Below, in pieces: positions 27,121 through 32,000 of a stretch of 32,000 nt of DNA (within the stretch, counting starts at the first letter, position 1; every line of letters starts with the position of its first letter). The position numbers and the translations under genes are program-made. The DNA is from Synechococcus sp. A15-28 (GTDB taxonomy: Bacteria; Cyanobacteriota; Cyanobacteriia; PCC-6307; Cyanobiaceae): NCBI RefSeq assembly GCF_014280175.1, contig NZ_CP047931.1:1710001-1742000 (forward strand), in the 5' to 3' direction. The notes beneath the pieces were generated by a model. It was not told the DNA's origin, did not search any database, and saw nothing but the letters and a program-made list of their open reading frames with translations.

Positions 27121-29283
27121 ATGGCATCTAAAAATCAACTGAACTTCCCCTTCTCAGATCTCGTCGCTGGGTACATTCGCAGCGTCTCCTATCCGGAGAT
27201 CTTTGACTGCAAGGGCATGGTCGAACTGGAGACATCCGATGGACGGATGTACACCGTGAAAATCACAGATGCCTGTTACGCAGAGCTTGTACGCAACCTT
27301 GGTGAGCCCTTCCAGGTGGCACCTGATATGTCACAGATCCTTGTAGAGGATCGTTTTGTCCATGTGTATGGACTCTTCTACCCTGAAGCTGACAGCCTCA
27401 AGTTTGAGGCCAAGCACATGCTTCTCTTCGGCCGTGGAAAAGATGATCTGCGTTTCGAAGATCAGAACTGGTGGATTCATCAAATTCAGCAGTTGTTGAA
27501 TTTCTATCTTGAAGCTCAATTCAAGGTCGTCGAAGGCGAAGCTATTGACTTCAAAAAATTCCGCACTGATTTGAGTGCTGAGGGTAAGAAGCAGGATGGC
27601 GTTCAGAACCTCGATACTATCTCACGACTGGTGTATGGCTTTGCAACGGCCTACATGATCACTGGCGATGAACGTGCCCTCGAAGCTGCCACCAATGGCA
27701 CTGAGTACATGCAGCGCCACTTCCGCCATCAGAATAAGAGTGAAGGAATCTGTTACTGGTACAGCCAGATTGATATCCAAGACGATGGAAGTGTACGCAA
27801 ATACATGGGCTCCACTGCAGGTGGAGATGAAGGTGGTAATGCCATTCCTTGCTACGAGCAGATTTACGCTCTTGCTGGACCCACTCAAACCTGGCGTCTC
27901 ACCGGCGGTGAATCTATTAAGCATGATATCGACGATACAATCGCATTCTTGAATCGCTTCTACAAGGATCACGGTCCTTATGGAGGTTATTACTCTCATG
28001 TTGATCCAGTCACCTTCGACGCCAAAGCTGAATCCCTCGGGGTTAACAAGGCCAAGAAGAACTGGAACTCCGTTGGTGACCACGCACCCGCCTACTTGAT
28101 CAACCTTTATCTGGCCACAGGCGACGAGGGGTACGCGAAGTTCCTTGAGGATACGTTTGACACGATCTGCGAACACTTCCCTGACTACGGCTATAGCCCC
28201 TTCATGAACGAGAAGTTCTATGAGGACTGGACACACGATCTGAAGTGGGGCATTCACCAAGCCCGTTGTGTTGTGGGTCACAACCTGAAAGTGGCGTGGA
28301 ACCTCACCCGCATGCATAGCCTCAACCCCAAGGAGAGCTACAAAACCTTTGCTCACCAGATTGCCGATGCCATCCCCCCTGCCGGTTGCGACAACCAGCG
28401 CGGTGGTTGGTACGACATGATGGAGCGGACGCTGAAGGATGGTGAAGAGCACTATCGCCGCGTCTGGCACGACCGCAAGGCTTGGTGGCAGCAGGAACAG
28501 GGAATTCTTGCTTACTACATCATGGCTGGCGTTTACAACGACAAGCCTGAATATCTGCGTTACGCCAGAGAAGGCACGGCTTTCTACAACGGTTGGTTCC
28601 TGGACTATGAGTCCGGCGGCATCTATTTCAACGTTTTAGCCAACGGTCAGCCCTACTCTCTTGGATCCGAGCGTGGTAAAGGTAGCCACTCCATGGCGGG
28701 CTATCACTCATTTGAACTCTGTTTCCTTGCAGCGATTTACTCGAACCTGCTTGTCACCAAGCAGCCAATGGACTTCTACTTCCGTCCAGATCCTCAGGGA
28801 TGGCCCGACAACAAATTGCGAGTCGCACCTGACCTGCTTCCTGCTGGCAGTGTTGAACTGAGTGAAGTCTGGATTGACGACAAAACCTTCACCGATTTCG
28901 ATCGAAAGGAGATGATCGTCAACCTGCCCAATTCCGATAAACCACTCCGCGTTCGCGTTCGTATTGAACCAGCAGGAATGGGCTTCAGTGCTGATCTTAT
29001 GAGCTTTGAGAACGGAATTGGCAAGTTTGCACTTGATGGTGACCTCACGCGTTGTAAGCTCCCAACCCTGAAAAAAGAGCTGGAGAGACTCTCCGGGGTC
29101 AAGGGAATTGTCTTGGATATGACAAATCTCAAGACAGTTGACGACACAGGTTGGAACTACCTCCTGTTCACAAAACAACAGCGAGGAGCTGAATTTAGCG
29201 TTCAACTTTCCGGACTAAATCAAGTCATCAGTCAGTCTCTAAAAGACGCTGAACTCGATGAGGAGTTCGCTGTTATCGGCTAA
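27121..29283 (+). CDS. AGE-family (N-acylglucosamine 2-epimerase-like) (alpha/alpha)6 barrel protein with unassigned N-terminal domain and C-terminal STAS-like domain
   Basis: 720 aa; barrel motifs VVGHNLKVAWNL, RKAWWQQEQGILAYYIMAG, KGSHSMAGYHSFEL; C-terminus FALDGDLTRCKLPTLKKELERLSGVKGIVLDMTNLKTVDDTGWNYLLFTKQQRGAEFSVQLSGLNQVISQSL resembles STAS. Confidence 0.78.
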   Translation: MASKNQLNFPFSDLVAGYIRSVSYPEIFDCKGMVELETSDGRMYTVKITDACYAELVRNLGEPFQVAPDMSQILVEDRFVHVYGLFYPEADSLKFEAKHMLLFGRGKDDLRFEDQNWWIHQIQQLLNFYLEAQFKVVEGEAIDFKKFRTDLSAEGKKQDGVQNLDTISRLVYGFATAYMITGDERALEAATNGTEYMQRHFRHQNKSEGICYWYSQIDIQDDGSVRKYMGSTAGGDEGGNAIPCYEQIYALAGPTQTWRLTGGESIKHDIDDTIAFLNRFYKDHGPYGGYYSHVDPVTFDAKAESLGVNKAKKNWNSVGDHAPAYLINLYLATGDEGYAKFLEDTFDTICEHFPDYGYSPFMNEKFYEDWTHDLKWGIHQARCVVGHNLKVAWNLTRMHSLNPKESYKTFAHQIADAIPPAGCDNQRGGWYDMMERTLKDGEEHYRRVWHDRKAWWQQEQGILAYYIMAGVYNDKPEYLRYAREGTAFYNGWFLDYESGGIYFNVLANGQPYSLGSERGKGSHSMAGYHSFELCFLAAIYSNLLVTKQPMDFYFRPDPQGWPDNKLRVAPDLLPAGSVELSEVWIDDKTFTDFDRKEMIVNLPNSDKPLRVRVRIEPAGMGFSADLMSFENGIGKFALDGDLTRCKLPTLKKELERLSGVKGIVLDMTNLKTVDDTGWNYLLFTKQQRGAEFSVQLSGLNQVISQSLKDAELDEEFAVIG

Positions 29284-29320
29284 TTAAGCTGATTTCTAGC
29301 AATCATCCAAAACCCATCTG

Positions 29321-29346
29321 AAGGCGTGCGAAAGCACGCCTTTTTT
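29321..29346 (+). terminator. Rho-independent terminator downstream of the AGE-STAS gene
   Basis: AAGGCGTGC-GAAA-GCACGCCTT followed by TTTT, 9-bp perfect stem with GNRA loop. Confidence 0.92.
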
Positions 29347-29359
29347 CTGGACTATTCCA

Positions 29360-30748
29360 ATGAGTAACTTCATAGCTATCAGCAAGCTGGGCGTTCAAGC
29401 GGCACAAAGTGGAGATTTGGCAACTGCTGAAAAGTATTTCCGCCAAGCGGCAGATATGAAGGGAGAGCCACCAGAAGCAATCTTTAATTTATGCAGACTG
29501 CTGAATATGCAAGGCAGACATAAGGATGTAGTCCAATCTTTTACCAAAAGGATAAAATCGCAAGACTACGTAACTATACATCCGCAACTTCTCTTAATCG
29601 CGAGCCAGTCTGCGCAAAGCTGCAGAAATCATTCACTGGCAATTGAGATCTTATCGTCTCTCCATTATAAGTATCCAGAAAATATTGAGACATCAGTTAT
29701 GCTAAGTACACTAGAGATCGAAGCAGGCAGGCTTAGCGCGGCAATGAATATTATCAACATTACTATTAAACAAAGTGGTCGCAGTCCGTCACTTCTAACA
29801 AACCTAGCCATTTGCGAATCAGAGATGGGGAACCTTCAAACTGCGGACAACATTCACAAGGAAATTATAAGCAAGAATCCCGAAAAATTCCTTGCTTACT
29901 TTAATTATGGAAAATATCTGGCAACAGTAGGCGAAACCTCATTAGCAAAGCAATCGTTCAAAAAATGCCTAGAAATCGTACCCAATGCGCCAGAGGCATT
30001 GGAAGCAATCAATCAAATCGAACCGCAAGACACATCGATCGCTAAATTCTATGCAAAAATTGAATTAGGCGACTATCATAGAGCAGCAGTAATTCTCAAG
30101 GAGCATTCGAACACTATCGGCACCAGCGATTACTTATCATGTATAAGTTACCTTAACGAAAAATACCGTTCTTGGTTTGGCGAGTCTAGACAATTCTCGC
30201 CCAAACAATTAGTTCATAAACACAATTTAAATGAGGATACAAGTATTGACCTTAATTCATTGTATACCTACGTCAAGAATAGCGAATCGTTAATCAAGGA
30301 CAGGCCTGGGAAACCGACAATAAACGGCTATCAAACCTACGAAGTCCTTAAAGGTTCGACAAATCAAACAGTAAAAATTCTATGTGAAAAGATTATATCG
30401 TTAGCAACCGATTACTACGACACCTTAGAACTCCCATACAAAATGGGTAACGGCAATAACAGATATGAGATTAGCGGATGGGGAGTTGCATTAAATGGGG
30501 GCGGGCATCAAAAGCTTCATACACATCCAGAAGCCAAAATAAGTGGAGTACTTTATCTGAAGACGTCGAAAGAAACCGAATCAATGGAAACCGACAAAGG
30601 AAATATACTTTTCCCTACAGTGGAATCTCTTTCAATAGCTCCGTACACAGGGCTTATGATTATATTTCCGAGCTATTTACCTCACTCAACAGTACCAACA
30701 ACTGAAGAGAATGAAAGAGTATGTATTGCATTTAATGTAAACTTTTAG
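29360..30748 (+). CDS. TPR-repeat protein with C-terminal putative 2OG-Fe(II) oxygenase domain
   Basis: 462 aa; N-terminal TPR-like helices (GDLATAEKYFRQAADMKGEPPEAIFNL), C-terminal LHTHPEAKISGVLYLK...GNILFPTVES...GLMIIFPSYLPHSTVPTTEENERVCIAFNVNF. Confidence 0.78.
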   Translation: MSNFIAISKLGVQAAQSGDLATAEKYFRQAADMKGEPPEAIFNLCRLLNMQGRHKDVVQSFTKRIKSQDYVTIHPQLLLIASQSAQSCRNHSLAIEILSSLHYKYPENIETSVMLSTLEIEAGRLSAAMNIINITIKQSGRSPSLLTNLAICESEMGNLQTADNIHKEIISKNPEKFLAYFNYGKYLATVGETSLAKQSFKKCLEIVPNAPEALEAINQIEPQDTSIAKFYAKIELGDYHRAAVILKEHSNTIGTSDYLSCISYLNEKYRSWFGESRQFSPKQLVHKHNLNEDTSIDLNSLYTYVKNSESLIKDRPGKPTINGYQTYEVLKGSTNQTVKILCEKIISLATDYYDTLELPYKMGNGNNRYEISGWGVALNGGGHQKLHTHPEAKISGVLYLKTSKETESMETDKGNILFPTVESLSIAPYTGLMIIFPSYLPHSTVPTTEENERVCIAFNVNF

Positions 30749-30753
30749 CTCAA

Positions 30754-31911
30754 TCAATAGGGCAAGACTGAGTAGCCACCAATAATTAGATCTACATAGA
30801 ATCTATAGCAACCAGAATGAGTTGGCGTAAACTCGAGGGCTGGCGGATTCCCGTGAGACGTTAATTGGCCATAGTGTTTAAGTGAGCCTAAACTAGGATC
30901 TGCTGAATAAGGGTTAGAGCCACTAAAATTATATCCTTTGCAGTCTAGTTCATAGTCTGCATAAACAAGAGCCCATGGCGACGAATTAGCAACATATTTA
31001 TAGTTATAGGTTGTACCAGCCTCGAGTTGCAATACCTTTTCAAATCTTCCTGGACCCAGGGGATTCATGATGTTTAATTTTGATGTGGGGTCCCACGCAG
31101 CCATTGGTTGATCAAAAGAACCAACAAGTGACAATGCATCAATCGTATCAATAGGTAATAGAGTTGCATCACCTTCAACCACGTCAACAGTCAATCTGTC
31201 AGTAGAAGGATCAAACATGAATTCCAACATTGATTCATGATCAAGCTTGAAGCAAATATTGAGTTCGTGTGGCTTACCGTGCCAGGTTGTGCATTTAATT
31301 GATTTTTGAGACTTTACGTTTTCTAGATCAAGCCAACATCCAAGCCCCATTGTGTCCAGAAAAAGCTCTGAGCTAATTCCGATATTGACTACATGAAAAC
31401 CTGCTTTGACTTTAGTCACCATTCCAACATAGGGCGTGCCAGCTACTGGATGCATCTCACGAGCAGGATCAGTAGGATCGAATTGATTTTGATCAAAAAT
31501 ACTTCCCAATAACTGATAACTCTTTCTGTCGTTTAAAAGATCAGGACTTTTGCCGTCGTTTCTTTTATTATCCGCATAGTCAACAGTTATTGATGGAGAA
31601 GGCGACATTGGGTTATGCAGGCTAAAGCGATATATAGAATCCTCATAAACACGTACAGTACAACCTGAATGAAAAGATGTGCCGTGGCTACTGCCAAAAC
31701 CAGTTCCTTGAACAAGAGAACCTTGACCATCATTCAAGGATGAAAAGCCAAAATCTTCTTCATAATCAGCCGAAATCAGGAATTGATAAACGCCATCTGC
31801 CCTAAAATCTATGCCACCGTTTTTAAGCAGTGGAACATCAATCGTCCAAAGATCATCTGACTGGCGCTCAAAATCTCTACCTTTGAGGCGAGGATCAAAC
31901 TTTTCAAACAT
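30754..31911 (-). CDS. Beta-rich protein with internal repeat modules, possible carbohydrate-binding modules
   Basis: 387 aa ORF from TTG 31917 or ATG 31911. Recurring module starts SYQLLGSIFDQNQFDP and ALSLVGSFDQPMAAWDP; third module has GRFEKVLQLEAGTTYNYKYVAN...LEFTPTHSGCYRFYVD. The 5' end may be frameshifted. Confidence 0.55.
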   Translation of the reverse strand: MFEKFDPRLKGRDFERQSDDLWTIDVPLLKNGGIDFRADGVYQFLISADYEEDFGFSSLNDGQGSLVQGTGFGSSHGTSFHSGCTVRVYEDSIYRFSLHNPMSPSPSITVDYADNKRNDGKSPDLLNDRKSYQLLGSIFDQNQFDPTDPAREMHPVAGTPYVGMVTKVKAGFHVVNIGISSELFLDTMGLGCWLDLENVKSQKSIKCTTWHGKPHELNICFKLDHESMLEFMFDPSTDRLTVDVVEGDATLLPIDTIDALSLVGSFDQPMAAWDPTSKLNIMNPLGPGRFEKVLQLEAGTTYNYKYVANSSPWALVYADYELDCKGYNFSGSNPYSADPSLGSLKHYGQLTSHGNPPALEFTPTHSGCYRFYVDLIIGGYSVLPY

Positions 31912-32000
31912 ATTCAAAGAGTCCCATACAAAGCCGTTAAGTTGGTAACTTGAGAACGAAGTGATCGGCTCAACTGTTGCAGCCCCGGCACTAGGTATCA

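Noticed and set aside
27622-28470. 282-aa minus-strand ORF opposite the AGE-STAS gene
   Set aside because: Shadow ORF of the plus-strand barrel domain.
1-32000. CRISPR array, defence island, prophage or transposon
   Set aside because: No regularly spaced direct repeats, cas, integrase, transposase or phage structural genes recognised in the frames provided.

Overview
The window reads as a GC-rich marine picocyanobacterial (Synechococcus-like) chromosome segment. That assignment rests on psbA/D1, a short CP12, linked glycine-betaine synthesis and uptake genes, a BicA-like SulP transporter and hemB/obg/mutS2. Left to right: SPFH/prohibitin-like gene; DUF389-like membrane gene with an apparent frameshift; glycine/sarcosine methyltransferase pair divergent from proVWX-like genes; YqaE/Pmp3-like and DUF985 cupin-like genes; psbA encoding Glu130 D1 with a strong terminator; small secreted/lipoprotein genes; aspartoacylase-like; GST-like; DUF2301-like; ABC-F; CP12-like; obg; MalK/UgpC-type ATPase; mutS2; VOC protein; hemB; CbpA-like DnaJ protein; exported thioredoxin-like protein coupled to a BicA-like transporter. 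From about 24.9 kb to the end the composition is more AT-rich and the content looks accessory. It includes a GlgX/isoamylase gene broken by a third copy of an 8-bp repeat, an AGE-epimerase-like/STAS fusion, a TPR + 2OG-Fe(II) oxygenase-like protein, and a convergent beta-rich protein with repeat modules that may itself be frameshifted at its 5' end. The most interesting candidates are this putative glycan locus and its repeat-associated frameshift. I found no CRISPR array, recognisable transposase or tRNA. Family calls are recognition from memory of motifs, not database searches.
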